A stretch of DNA of 64,000 nucleotides from an uncultured archaeon (GTDB lineage: Archaea; Thermoproteota; Nitrososphaeria; Nitrososphaerales; Gagatemarchaeaceae). How positions within the stretch are numbered: the first letter of the stretch is position 1; every line of letters starts with the position of its first letter. Where the stretch lies: contig CAWCYD010000003.1 of NCBI GenBank assembly GCA_963799775.1, positions 960,001-1,024,000 on the forward strand. Direction: 5' to 3'. Below are positions 50,347 through 60,524 of this stretch, in pieces. The notes below the pieces were generated by a model. That model saw only the letters and a program-made list of their open reading frames with translations. It made no database searches and was not told the DNA's origin. The position numbers and the translations under genes were made by a program.

Positions 50347-50990
50347 TCTGCGGCCTTCTCCTCCACTTCCTTCTGCAGCTCCCTCAGCTTCTCCTCCACC
50401 TTCTCGATAGACCTCGTGACGATCTCCTTCGCTGGCAGGGTGCCGCTGGACTCGACCTTGAGCACGTAGACCCCTTCGCCCTTGCCCTCAAGGAGGACCG
50501 AGGCTGTGGCGGGCTGCCACTTTGCGTGCTCCTTGCCCCTGCCCAGGCGGGCGTACGCCTCTAGCTTTACTGACTGGCCTACGGCGAGCTTGACTATCGG
50601 GATGTTGGGGCTGATGGGGCTGATGTCCCTGTCCTCAGAGACCAGGGCCCCCGAGACGACGGTCCTCAGCTTGTCCTTGGCTGTCGCGTCCAGGACCAAG
50701 ATGACCCTGCACTTTTGGCACCCCAGCGGGGTTCCGCAGTCGCATTTTTCTGGGAGGACATACCTCTCGAGGTCTGTCTTCAGCGGGATCATGCCCAGCC
50801 TGTGGGCGAGTATCTCGTCGTAGAGGACGGACGAGTTCTCGAGTATCACGATGTCGTCGATCGCCATCGACGGGACCTCGGAGATGCAGAAGCGCCTCAC
50901 AGCATTCGCGTAGCTACGGTCGACACCCTCGAGCTGGAGGGAGATCGTCTCGTCGCTCTCTTGCAATACCTTTACCTTGGGCGCTGGCAA
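50343..50990 (-). CDS. rpoD: RNA polymerase subunit Rpo3 (D)
   Basis: ANAVRR, AHRLGMIP, Cys cluster, GKEHAKW. Confidence 0.96.
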   Translation of the reverse strand: MPAPKVKVLQESDETISLQLEGVDRSYANAVRRFCISEVPSMAIDDIVILENSSVLYDEILAHRLGMIPLKTDLERYVLPEKCDCGTPLGCQKCRVILVLDATAKDKLRTVVSGALVSEDRDISPISPNIPIVKLAVGQSVKLEAYARLGRGKEHAKWQPATASVLLEGKGEGVYVLKVESSGTLPAKEIVTRSIEKVEEKLRELQKEVEEKAAE

Positions 50991-51172
50991 TTCCTTGATA
51001 TCACTTGCTACCTTGAACGGGAAAGCCGAAGAATTTTCTGGGGTTTAAAAGCCTTTGAGGACCAAAGCGCTCTTGACAGGGCAGAATCGCGCTATTGGGA
51101 ACATGGCGGCGCCTACCGACCCTATACATCCTATATTCAACCGCTAAATATCAGGCAGCCCACGCAAACGCC

Positions 51173-51598
51173 ATGGTTGTCAAGACGATAACACACTTCG
51201 AGATCCCCGCGAAGGACGTGGAAACTCTGAGCAAGTTCTACGCCGACGTCTTCGGCTGGAAGTTCAAGAAGATGCCGATGGGCGAGATGGACTACTGGAT
51301 GATCACCACCGGCCCGAGGAACAGGAGCGTCGGGGGAGGGATGTACAAGAAGCAGATGGACATGGAGGCGCCGAGGAACTACATCGCTGTCGACAGGATC
51401 GACGAGGCCATCACAACGTTCACGAGCGCGGGCGGGAAGCAGGCCGTGGGGAAGATGGAGGTTCCAGGTTTTGGCTGGTCATACATCGGCGTCGACCCCG
51501 AAGGCAATATGGTCGGCTTGTTCGAGCCGGTCACTCGAAGACAAGCGCACAAGGCCAAGCGGGCGACCAAGAGAGCCGCCCGACGCGCGAAGCGCTGA
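51173..51598 (+). CDS. VOC/glyoxalase family protein with basic C-terminal tail
   Basis: ITHFEIP, FYADVFGW, DPEGN. Confidence 0.88.
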   Translation: MVVKTITHFEIPAKDVETLSKFYADVFGWKFKKMPMGEMDYWMITTGPRNRSVGGGMYKKQMDMEAPRNYIAVDRIDEAITTFTSAGGKQAVGKMEVPGFGWSYIGVDPEGNMVGLFEPVTRRQAHKAKRATKRAARRAKR

Positions 51599-51624
51599 GA
51601 AAGAAAAGAGCCTCTTCTGCGGGG

Positions 51625-52167
51625 CTAGGCTCTGCGGCCCCGCCTTCCACCCTTCTTCCTTGTGGTGTCGTGAGGGATAGGGGTCGCGTCCTCGATGCGC
51701 CCTATCCTGAAGCCCGACCTTGCGATCGCCCTAATCGCAGCTTGAGCACCATGACCCGGCGTCCTCGGGCCTGTGCCGCCGACGGCTCTCACCTTGATGT
51801 GGACGGCCGTGATCCCCTTGCCCTTGGCCACGTCGGAGGCAGCTGAGGCGGAGCGCATCGCCGCGTACGGAGACGCCTCGAACCTGTCAGCCTTGACGTG
51901 CCTCCCGCCGGATGAGAACGATATCGTCTCCGCCCCAGTGAGGTCGGTGATATGCACGATCGTGTTGTTGTAGCTGCTGTAGATGTGGACGACGGCCCAT
52001 TTCTCCTTCAGGGACTCGTCTTCGTCGAGAGACGGGGTGATCTGTCCTGTCGTCCCGCTCGAAGAGATCTCTTCCTCCTCTTCGACCTCCTCCGCTCCCT
52101 CGGCAGAGGCCTCTTCGGTCTTTGGCTCCTTCTCGTCTACCTCGAGCTCTTCTTCTGGGACTCCCAT
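51625..52167 (-). CDS. rps11: 30S ribosomal protein S11
   Basis: [26 protein letters not shown]; acidic N-terminal extension. Confidence 0.97.
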   Translation of the reverse strand: MGVPEEELEVDEKEPKTEEASAEGAEEVEEEEEISSSGTTGQITPSLDEDESLKEKWAVVHIYSSYNNTIVHITDLTGAETISFSSGGRHVKADRFEASPYAAMRSASAASDVAKGKGITAVHIKVRAVGGTGPRTPGHGAQAAIRAIARSGFRIGRIEDATPIPHDTTRKKGGRRGRRA

Positions 52168-52180
52168 CTAGATCACCAAA

Positions 52181-52756
52181 TCATGCGGGCGCGGCCGCTG
52201 CCACCTGGGGTGCCACTGCCTCTGGCGCCGGGGAGGCAGCCGGGGCTTCGACTTGTGCCGGGGCAGGAGCCTTTGGCGTCCCTATCCCGCCGACGACCTG
52301 CATCGAGCCCTCCTCTTGCGCTGTGACGTGATAACCTGGAATGTCCACCGTCCTGCTGCCTATCTTGACGTGGCCATGGACTATCAATTGGCGGGCCTGG
52401 AGCGGCGATACCGCGGCCCCCTTCTTGTAGACCAGGGTCTGCAGCCTCCTTCCCAGCAGGTCCTCGACGCTGAGGTTCAGCACGTCGTCGAGCGCGACAC
52501 CCTCGGCCACGAGTCCCCTCCTGCTCAGGCTGTCCAGGAGCTTCTTTCCGTCCTTGGCGCGCACCTCGGCAGACGCGGCGAGAAGGTGCCTGGCCTGCTT
52601 TCTGATGTTGCTGAGCTCTCCTTGGGTCTTCCACAGCTCTCTCTTGTTCCTTAGGCCGTAGGTCCCGAGAAGGTAGAGCTCCTGGGCGAGCTGCTCACTG
52701 CGCCACGGGTTCTTCGGTCTCGAGAACGACTTCCTCGGCTTTTTCGGATCGCCCAA
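52181..52756 (-). CDS. rps4: 30S ribosomal protein S4
   Basis: MGDPKKPRK, YGLRNKRE, QARQLIVHGH. Confidence 0.97.
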   Translation of the reverse strand: MGDPKKPRKSFSRPKNPWRSEQLAQELYLLGTYGLRNKRELWKTQGELSNIRKQARHLLAASAEVRAKDGKKLLDSLSRRGLVAEGVALDDVLNLSVEDLLGRRLQTLVYKKGAAVSPLQARQLIVHGHVKIGSRTVDIPGYHVTAQEEGSMQVVGGIGTPKAPAPAQVEAPAASPAPEAVAPQVAAAAPA

Positions 52757-52775
52757 CTAGTCTCTTTATCTCCCT

Positions 52776-53282
52776 CTACTTCTTCTCTTCAGCAGGCTTG
52801 GCCGCCGCTGCTGCTGCCGCTTGGAGCGCGGACTTGCGGACGCCGACTGTCTTGCCCTTCCTGCCGGTGGTCCTCGTCCTCTGCCCGCGCACCTTTAACC
52901 CTAACGAGTGCCTGACTCCTCTCCAGCTCTGGATGTTCCGCTCCCTCTCGACGTCCTCCCTGTTCGCAAGGTCGAGGTCTGAGCCGATTAGCTGCTTCGT
53001 CAGTCCGGTGTCAGGGCCCCTCCTCCTGTTGAATGCCCACTGCGGGACGTTTAGTGACGACGTGTCCGAGAGTACCCGCTCTATGTCTTTGATCTGGGCC
53101 TCTGACAATGATCCGAACCTCATCTTTGGGTCGATACCTGCCCCCCTCGCGATGGCCTGCGCAAAGTTGTAACCCACGCCCTTCAGGTCAGCGAGGGCCG
53201 CTACAGCCTTCTTCCGTCCGTCCAGGTCCTTTCCTTTCACCCTGACCAGGTACCTGAACTCGGAAGCTTGGGAAGCCGACAA
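52776..53282 (-). CDS. rps13: 30S ribosomal protein S13
   Basis: WRGVRHSLGLKVRGQRTRTTGR. Confidence 0.97.
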   Translation of the reverse strand: MSASQASEFRYLVRVKGKDLDGRKKAVAALADLKGVGYNFAQAIARGAGIDPKMRFGSLSEAQIKDIERVLSDTSSLNVPQWAFNRRRGPDTGLTKQLIGSDLDLANREDVERERNIQSWRGVRHSLGLKVRGQRTRTTGRKGKTVGVRKSALQAAAAAAAKPAEEKK

Positions 53283-53383
53283 TTTCCAATTTCAGCCCCC
53301 AGCGGTCACATTATAAGAATTGCCTTCATGAACCCTCGTTTCCAAGTCATGGGTGCTTAATAGCCGAGTCCGATTCCTCGTAT

Positions 53384-54556
53384 ATGCTCGTCCTGAAATG
53401 CGTGGCACAGGGATGGGGCCCGCCGCAGGAGATCCTCGATGCCCTTGAAGCTTTTCGCCAGATGATAAACGAATGCATCGCAATCGGAACCAGGGAAAAC
53501 GTAACCTCAATGAGGTCGCTGGGGTCGCGAGCATATCACCGGCTTTCCAGGTACGACGTGCCCGCGTGCTACAGACTCACAGCCATCTCGAAGGCCGCAG
53601 GAATTCTCAGAAACCACCGCAAGTCCCTCAGGAAAAACCCGAATTCTAAGCTTCCACACGCGAAAAAGCCTTGCCCCGTCGACTGTTATGCTTTCAGAGT
53701 CCTCGGAAATCAACTTAGATTGACCGTGAGGCCACATCAATTTGTATTCGTTGTTCTCAATTCTCACACACTCAAGATGATAGCAGGTATGTCACTCCGA
53801 TCCGTCACACTCACGCCGACTCGACTGAGCATAAGCTACGCGAAACTCGCCGAGCCCATCGAACCGGAAGGACTCATAGGCATTGACAGTAACCTCGATA
53901 ATGTTACCATTGCCTCTAGCAATGGAAAAGTTCAAGCGTTCGACCTGTCTCAAGCGACTCAAATCAAGTCGACCTACAGAATGGTAACAGCCCATCTATA
54001 TCGTATCGACCAGAGAATAAGACGGCGCCTTCTTCAAAAATACGGTGCCCTTCAACGAAACAGAGTCGGCTGGATTCTTAACAACGTCTCAAGCTCAATA
54101 GTCAAAATGGCCAAAGCACGGAAATTCGGGATAGTCATGGAGAACCTCAAGGGAATTAGGAGACTTTACGGGAGGAGTTCAGGAAACGGGATGACCCTTA
54201 GATGGCGGATGAACTCGTGGAGCTTCCATGAGCTTCAAAGGCAGATTGAGTATAAGGCGAGGTGGGAGGGAATTCCTGTGACTTACATCGCCTCATGGGG
54301 GACGACTTCGAAGTGCTCGATATGTGGGAAAAGGACAATCCCGAATGAGCACCGCACCTTGTACTGTCCCCAATGTCAAACAAGAGTTGACCGAGATGTA
54401 AATGCAGCACGGAACATCTTGGCAAAGGGAGCGCTGAGGTTCAGCGCTAACGGGTTCGCAAATGAAACGACGAACAGGAACAACGATGAGCCTAGCTTCA
54501 GAGTTGATGCGAATCAGTTGGCATCCGCAGGAACGCGGGATGTTGACGGAACCTAA
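53384..54556 (+). CDS. tnpB: TnpB (IS200/IS605 family) RNA-guided nuclease; no tnpA in window
   Basis: RuvC GID, MENL, DRDVNAARNI; zinc finger CSIC...CPQC. Confidence 0.93.
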   Translation: MLVLKCVAQGWGPPQEILDALEAFRQMINECIAIGTRENVTSMRSLGSRAYHRLSRYDVPACYRLTAISKAAGILRNHRKSLRKNPNSKLPHAKKPCPVDCYAFRVLGNQLRLTVRPHQFVFVVLNSHTLKMIAGMSLRSVTLTPTRLSISYAKLAEPIEPEGLIGIDSNLDNVTIASSNGKVQAFDLSQATQIKSTYRMVTAHLYRIDQRIRRRLLQKYGALQRNRVGWILNNVSSSIVKMAKARKFGIVMENLKGIRRLYGRSSGNGMTLRWRMNSWSFHELQRQIEYKARWEGIPVTYIASWGTTSKCSICGKRTIPNEHRTLYCPQCQTRVDRDVNAARNILAKGALRFSANGFANETTNRNNDEPSFRVDANQLASAGTRDVDGT

Positions 54557-54573
54557 CTTTTTGCGCTTCTATA
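54425..54573 (+). ncRNA. Predicted TnpB omegaRNA (scaffold to ~54553, then guide)
   Basis: Hairpin AGCGCTGA-GGT-TCAGCGCT whose GGTTC can pair with terminal GAACC; TTCGCA/TGCGAA stem; subterminal hairpin CATCCGC/GCGGGATG. Confidence 0.65.
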
Positions 54574-55519
54574 GGATCTCGACGCTGTCGACCTTCCCGT
54601 CCCCGTCCATGTCGAGGCCGTGGAGCACGACGGCGAAGTCCCCGCCCTGCTCAGTGTAACCCTCCAGCACGTGGTCTGCCATGTTGGTGAGCCCTATTAT
54701 CGCCGCCTTCGTCGCGGCGCCCGAGAGGCCGGCGGCGACGACGCACACCTTCGACGGGTCCCACGGGTTCCTGATCTTGGCCAGGACCGAGTCGAACTCC
54801 GAGAGGTATTTGCGGCCCGCCGGGTCCACCAGCGCCCCGAAGAAACCCTCCTCCGTGAAGCGGATGGGCATGTATGAGTTGAGCTCGCCGGAGATGACGT
54901 TCGTGCGAGGGCCGCCGACGACGAGCAGGTTGGAGCCCTGTAGCTTCTCGGCCTTGAGGTCCACGTCCAGCTTCACGGGGAAGACCTTGGGGAGCTTGAC
55001 GTATTGCCCCAGTGCGAAGCCGAGCTGCACCGCGTAGTGGGCGTCCCTCCCCTGCGTCCGGTTGGGGCCGTGGGCTTCAGGGGAGCCGACCACTATCCAG
55101 CCGTCGAGCTGCGAGTCCTCGGAGATGAACTCCTTGAGGAACCTCCCCAGCCTCCCGGAGCGGGACAAGGTCGACGGAGGACCGAACTCCTCGCCTTTGG
55201 TGTCGAACTCGACGGCGTAGCCGTCGGCGGCCAGAGAGTAGAGCTGCGCCTTGCCGCCCCTCACGGTCTTCTGGGTGGTCCGCTCCACGAGGCCCGCCTC
55301 CTCCAGCCTCTTCATGTGGTAGTAGACCGCCTGGTGGTAGAGCTTGAGCTCCCTGGCGATGTTCGAAGGGTAGTTCGGCCCCTTCGCGAGATGGCGGAGG
55401 ATCTTGTGCCCTAGTCCGGCGGCCGCAGGGAAGAAGCCCGACGGGTCCGTATCCGTGAGAACCCGCTTCGCGCGCCCGCTGCGCAGATGGGGGTCGACGA
55501 GCACCTTCTGTTGGCGCAT
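54569..55519 (-). CDS. Winged-HTH (ArsR-like) regulator with C-terminal alpha/beta domain
   Basis: YPSNIARELKLYHQAVYYHMKRLEEAGLV; NLLVVGGPRTN; divergent from glmS. Confidence 0.8.
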   Translation of the reverse strand: MRQQKVLVDPHLRSGRAKRVLTDTDPSGFFPAAAGLGHKILRHLAKGPNYPSNIARELKLYHQAVYYHMKRLEEAGLVERTTQKTVRGGKAQLYSLAADGYAVEFDTKGEEFGPPSTLSRSGRLGRFLKEFISEDSQLDGWIVVGSPEAHGPNRTQGRDAHYAVQLGFALGQYVKLPKVFPVKLDVDLKAEKLQGSNLLVVGGPRTNVISGELNSYMPIRFTEEGFFGALVDPAGRKYLSEFDSVLAKIRNPWDPSKVCVVAAGLSGAATKAAIIGLTNMADHVLEGYTEQGGDFAVVLHGLDMDGDGKVDSVEIL

Positions 55520-55681
55520 GCGACTCGGCGGGGGTTTGACTATTATTAAAGAAATATGCATGGTCTTGTAACAACGGGTCGGGGCTTGCGACCACCATGC
55601 ACAGCCATCTCGGCATACTGGTCTCGGGGAGCAAGGGCTGCTTATTACGTCGCTAGAGCGGGCGGCTCTTCCAGCAGACTC

Positions 55682-57466
55682 ATGTGTGGCATCATCGCGG
55701 CTGTGTCTTCAGAAGAAGAGGTGGCGCCGCTCCTTCTTCAGGGCCTGAAGAGAGAGGAGTACAGGGGCTACGACTCCGCAGGGGTCGCACTGCTCAACGG
55801 GCGAGGCACGATCACAGTCAGAAAGGACGTGGGGCGCGTCGAGCAGCTCCAGAAGAGATACGACGTGGTCAGCCTTCACGGGAAGGCCGGCATCGCCCAC
55901 ACGAGGTGGGCCACTCACGGCGGGGTGTCCCAGAGGAACGCGCATCCGCAGATGTCCTGCAAGGGCGAGGTCGCGGTCGTCCACAATGGGATAATCGGGA
56001 ACTACCTTACGCTCAAGAAGCAGTTGCAGTCAAGGGGCCACAAGTTCGCAAGCGAGACAGACAGCGAGGTGATCCCGCACCTAATCGAGGAGGAATACGC
56101 GAAGCTCGGCGACCCGCTCAAGGCGACGCTCGCTGCGGCGAGGGTGATGAAGGGCCAGTTCGCGTTCGTCGCTCTCTTCAAGGACAGGCCTCAGCTCCTG
56201 ACCGGGGCCAGGTACGACGCGCCGCTGGTCGTCGGGATGGGCGAGAGGACCAAGTTCCTCGCGAGCGACGTGCTCGCGTTCTTGGAGAGGACAGATAGGG
56301 CGGTCTTCCTCGACAACAGGGAGGTGGTCGAGCTCACGCCGGAGGGGCTCCGGGTTTTTGGGATCAACGGGAAGGAGATCCCGTCGAAGCCCAAGGGGGC
56401 GACCCAGGTGGCGTGGGAGCTTGGGAGCCTCTCAAAGGCGAACTACACGCACTACACTCTGAAAGAGATCAACGAGCAGCCAAGGACGGTCCAGAGCGCG
56501 CTCTCTCAGGAGCCCGAGAAGGTGAGGGCGGTCGCGGAGAGGATCAAGAGAGCGAGGTCGGTGGTCTTCACGGCGGCCGGGTCTTCTTACCACGCGGCGC
56601 TCCTCCTGCGGCTAAGGCTCGCCGCTGAGGCGAAGATGAGGTGCGAGGTCGTCATATCGGGAGAGTTCGAGAGGGAGCTCCCTTTCATCGACGAGGGGAC
56701 ACTTGTCGTCGCGCTGAGCCAGAGCGGAGAGACGGCGGACGTCCTCGAGGCGGTGAAGATGGCGAGGAAGCACAATGTGGGAGGCGTGGTCGCCCTGGTG
56801 AACGCGGCGGGCTCGTCGCTCGCAAGGCAGAGCGACGAGACGCTCCTCTTGAACTGCGGCCCCGAGGTCGGTGTAGCGGCGACGAAGAGCTTCACGGCGC
56901 AGGTCATGCTGGGGAACCTGATCCTGGACGAGATGATGGGGAAGGACACGATAGGCGACAGGAGGAAGCTGCAGGGCCTCGTGGAGAAGGCGCTAGAGAC
57001 GGAGAAGCTCATGAAGAAGCTGGCCCGGGAATACAGCGACAGGCCCGACTTTTACTTCATCGCGAGGGGCGGGAACTACCCCGTGGCGCAGGAGGGGGCG
57101 CTCAAGCTCAAGGAGCTCTCGTACATCCACGCCGAGGGGATGCCTGCGAGCGAGCTCAAGCACGGCACGCTCGCCCTCATCGAGAAGGGCACCCCGGTTG
57201 TGGTGATCGCGCCATCTGGTCCGGGATACGAGGACACGATCTCCAACGCGCAGGAGCTCGCGGCGAGGGGGGCGGAGATCATCGGCGTGGGCCAAAGGAA
57301 CCACCCCGTCTTCAAGCACTTTGTGAGGATCCCACCGTCCAACGGGAGCATCGCACCGGTGCTGGAGGTCATCCCCCTCCAGCTCTTGGCGTACTCGATG
57401 GCCACCGAGAGGAAGCACGACCCGGACCATCCGAGGAACCTCGCGAAGTCTGTCACCGTCAAGTAG
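55682..57466 (+). CDS. glmS: Glutamine--fructose-6-phosphate aminotransferase
   Basis: MCGII, EYRGYDSAG, HTRWATHG, SQSGETAD, PRNLAKSVTV. Confidence 0.98.
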   Translation: MCGIIAAVSSEEEVAPLLLQGLKREEYRGYDSAGVALLNGRGTITVRKDVGRVEQLQKRYDVVSLHGKAGIAHTRWATHGGVSQRNAHPQMSCKGEVAVVHNGIIGNYLTLKKQLQSRGHKFASETDSEVIPHLIEEEYAKLGDPLKATLAAARVMKGQFAFVALFKDRPQLLTGARYDAPLVVGMGERTKFLASDVLAFLERTDRAVFLDNREVVELTPEGLRVFGINGKEIPSKPKGATQVAWELGSLSKANYTHYTLKEINEQPRTVQSALSQEPEKVRAVAERIKRARSVVFTAAGSSYHAALLLRLRLAAEAKMRCEVVISGEFERELPFIDEGTLVVALSQSGETADVLEAVKMARKHNVGGVVALVNAAGSSLARQSDETLLLNCGPEVGVAATKSFTAQVMLGNLILDEMMGKDTIGDRRKLQGLVEKALETEKLMKKLAREYSDRPDFYFIARGGNYPVAQEGALKLKELSYIHAEGMPASELKHGTLALIEKGTPVVVIAPSGPGYEDTISNAQELAARGAEIIGVGQRNHPVFKHFVRIPPSNGSIAPVLEVIPLQLLAYSMATERKHDPDHPRNLAKSVTVK

Positions 57467-57470
57467 TGCT

Positions 57471-57552
57471 GGTTCCGCTATGTCATGAGTTCATGACCTA
57501 GCTTCGAGGCTTCGACTCTGAGGATTAGTGGCTCCCCTCCGTGTTTCACCCA
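57471..57552 (-). mobile_element. Orphan IS605-type right end / truncated omegaRNA scaffold
   Basis: Shares TGAAAC, TCAGAGTYGAWGC, a terminal hairpin (GTCATGA-AC-TCATGAC) and CGGAACC with the tnpB 3' end. Confidence 0.7.
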
Positions 57553-57630
57553 AACGCAGCTTGTAACAGTATTTAATCGCCCATGCGACCCTGAATAGTC
57601 CTTAAAGCGGGTTCCCGCCGGTGCGAAGTC

Positions 57631-58677
57631 GTGGGACAAAGTAGCGAAGCCAGAGCCGCCAGGAAGAAATCCAAGAAATATCTGCTGAACCCCGAGAAGG
57701 CCATAGAGGTGACGCCGAAGAGCGTCTCCGAGCTCTTGGACGCCATGAGCCAGACCGGGTTCCAGGGCAAGAGGCTGGGCGAGGCGGCGCGCATCTGGGC
57801 GGAGATGGTCAGGGCCGAGGGACTTACGATCTTCATGGGCTACGCGGGTTCCATGAGCACTACGGGTCAGTGGAAGATAGTGAGGTGGCTCATAGAGAAC
57901 AGGTACATCGACGTGCTGGTGAGCACGGGTGCCAACGTCTCGGAGGACATATTCGAGGCGATGGGCCACAACTACTACCAGGGGACATGGATGGCGAACG
58001 ACGAAGAGCTACTCGACGCCAAGATAGACAGGTTCTACGATATCTACGCCGACGAGTACGACTACCGCGAATTGGAGGGTTTGATCAAGAAGTTCGCTTC
58101 GACCCTGGACGCGAAGCGTGTGTACTCAACGAGGGAGTTCCTGAACAGGTTCGGCAAGTACCAGTGGGAAAAGGGCATCAGGAGCATAACGGCCGCGGCG
58201 TGGAGATACAACGTGCCCGTCTACAGCCCGGGACTGATCGACAGCGGCTACGGCGTCGCGCTGAGCCTCCTCAAGAGGGAAGGCAAGCTCATCAGGCTCG
58301 ACCAGACGCAGGACATGGAGGAGCTGGGGCAGATCGCGGAGAGGACGAAGAAGACGGGAGTCGTCTACATCGGCGGCGGCGTCCCCAAGGACACGATCCA
58401 GCTAGCGACGATAATCAAGTCCCTCGCGGAGGGAGGTGAAGTGGAGACGCCGCACGACTATGCGATCCAGATCACCACAGACTCGCCGCAGTGGGGAGGG
58501 CTCTCGGGGTGCACGCTGGAAGAGGCGATAAGCTGGGGGAAGATCGCCGCGGACTCGAAGAGGAGCGTCGTATACTGTGACGCGACGCTGGCTCTGCCCC
58601 TCATCGCGCACGCGCTCAACGAGAAGGTAAAGTCAAGGAAAGACCCGCCCGACCTGAGGTGGGTCTTCAAGCAGTAA
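57631..58677 (+). CDS. dys: Deoxyhypusine synthase
   Basis: TGFQG, LVSTGAN, GGGVPK, GGLSG, EAISWGK (catalytic Lys present). Confidence 0.93.
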   Translation: MGQSSEARAARKKSKKYLLNPEKAIEVTPKSVSELLDAMSQTGFQGKRLGEAARIWAEMVRAEGLTIFMGYAGSMSTTGQWKIVRWLIENRYIDVLVSTGANVSEDIFEAMGHNYYQGTWMANDEELLDAKIDRFYDIYADEYDYRELEGLIKKFASTLDAKRVYSTREFLNRFGKYQWEKGIRSITAAAWRYNVPVYSPGLIDSGYGVALSLLKREGKLIRLDQTQDMEELGQIAERTKKTGVVYIGGGVPKDTIQLATIIKSLAEGGEVETPHDYAIQITTDSPQWGGLSGCTLEEAISWGKIAADSKRSVVYCDATLALPLIAHALNEKVKSRKDPPDLRWVFKQ

Positions 58678-58693
58678 GACGGCCGTCTCCCCA

Positions 58694-60309
58694 TCAAGGA
58701 GAGTACGCCCCCTGGACCAGGCTCCCGTAGCCCGTGGAGTTCCGGAGCAGGGCGACGTAGCTCGTCGAGTTGAGCACGAGGAAGGAGGGCTGCACCATCT
58801 GCGGCTCCATTTGCTTTGAGTTCGAAGTCGAGTAGAATGTCAAGGGGGAGAAGACGATTGTCTTCTCCAAGGCCATGGAGGAAGAATACACCTGGATCCG
58901 GTTCTCGGATAGCGCGAAGAGCGAGCCGTAGGCCCAGACCAGGCTCGCTGCCGGCATCCCTACGTTGTAGAACGCCCCACCCCCGCTTCCAGACGCGCTG
59001 AGCACCTCTATCTGGTCCGTGGAGGGGATGGAGAGGAAGATGTGCGCCCCGTCTGTGGCAAGGCTGGTGTAGCCGTTCGAGTCGAGGTTCCCGTCTCTGA
59101 GCACGCTCCCCGAGGACGCGGAGAAGACGGCGAGGAACGGGTTGGAGCCCTGGTACGGTCCTCCGTAGTAGTTAGGCTGGGACCAGTAGGTCTCGGAGAA
59201 TACAGCCGCGAAGAGGCCCGACCCGGCAGATGACGCGAGGAGGTCGTCGGGGTAGAGGTTGCACACGTTCAGGAACGCAGTCGAGGCCCAGGGGCTGATC
59301 ACCCCTTGCGCGGTCGCGGAGTAGGCGTAGACTGTCACCTCGTTCCCCCTGGGGTTGGAGCATCCGAACCCTCCGGGGTTGGAGGCCGCCTGGTAGACGT
59401 AGAACTGGTTCGCATCGGACGCGGCGAGGTCGTAGCCGTCCGAGGGGAGCGTGGTCGGGGAGGGTCATGTCGACGAGAGGAACCAGCCGTCGTAGTAGGC
59501 GTACAGCGAGTCGGCACCCTTCTGAACCGGTTGGAGGCCGACGGGGTATGGCGGCTGGCCGTTGTTCGGGTACTGGACCTCGATGGTGGTGTAGAGCCTA
59601 AGCAGCCTCATCGAGTAGGTCGAGGTGACGGACCCTGAGGAGCTGAGCCTGTAGAGGTTCGACGTGAAGATGTCGCCGTAGTAGCCGTCCGAGACGTAGA
59701 CCGTCCCTCCCGTCAAGGGCAGGACGTCCGTGACCTCCCCTTGTCCGGCGTCGAAGGACCACTGCTTGAGCCCGGTCTGCGAAGAGAAGGCGCTGGCCGC
59801 GGTCCCCGCGCTCAAGAAATAGCGCGTAGGGTCGCTCGGGTTCTGGTAGAGCTGGGCGTCCACCCCCGGGCCTCCCACCACGGACACCAAGGTCTTCAGG
59901 ACGCCGCTTGGCTGGGAGGAGCCTCCCACAGAGGCCGGGAAGACGTCGCCCAGCTTGGTCACCACGGCGACCGACGTTGGAGAGGGCCCCACTTGGACGA
60001 GGGTGGTCGCGCCCACGGGGAGCGAGGCGCCCACGCTCAGCGTCCTGGAGCCGGTCTTCTCCTGGATGAGCAGGAGAGTGGCGACGGAGGTGATGAGGCC
60101 GTCGTTCACTATCGTCACGTTCCCGCCCTGCGAGAGGCTCACCTTCAGGTGCTCGAGCGACCGCGACTGCTGCACCTGTGCAGCCTGCTGCGCCGCCGCC
60201 TCCGCGCTCTCTCCAGACGATAGCGTGAGAGACAGGGCCTGGAGGGACGCGATGACCAGCAGATAGATCATGATGAACCCGTAGACGGAGGCGAGGCCGC
60301 GACGCCTCA
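58694..60309 (-). CDS. Large secreted protein with class III (prepilin-like) signal peptide and propeller-like repeats; frameshifts ~59465, ~59340
   Basis: MRRRG/LASVYGFIMIYLLV; ORFs 59465-60400, 59172-59468 and 58694-59338 join. Confidence 0.6.
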
Positions 60310-60524
60310 TGGCCCTGGCCTCTCGGGCCTTCCATCCGCGCCTGCCCCTCACGGGACGATATTGGCGGCCGATATTTAGCCGGCAATGCGCTGTGTTCAA
60401 CGCCTCTCATTCTCTTGTATGCGAGAGCCAATTTTATTCGCCCATGCGCGATTGACGAGCTGACGAAGTAATATCACAGTCGAATGCGCAAAGGGATTTA
60501 TGGGCGCCGGGGAGGCGGGCATCA

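Noticed and set aside
23635-53282. Frameshifts in rpoE', infB, rpl24e, rpl7ae, gltX, rpl18e and others as programmed recoding or pseudogenes
   Set aside because: They hit essential and accessory genes alike, with no shared slippery motif; most simply uncorrected sequencing indels
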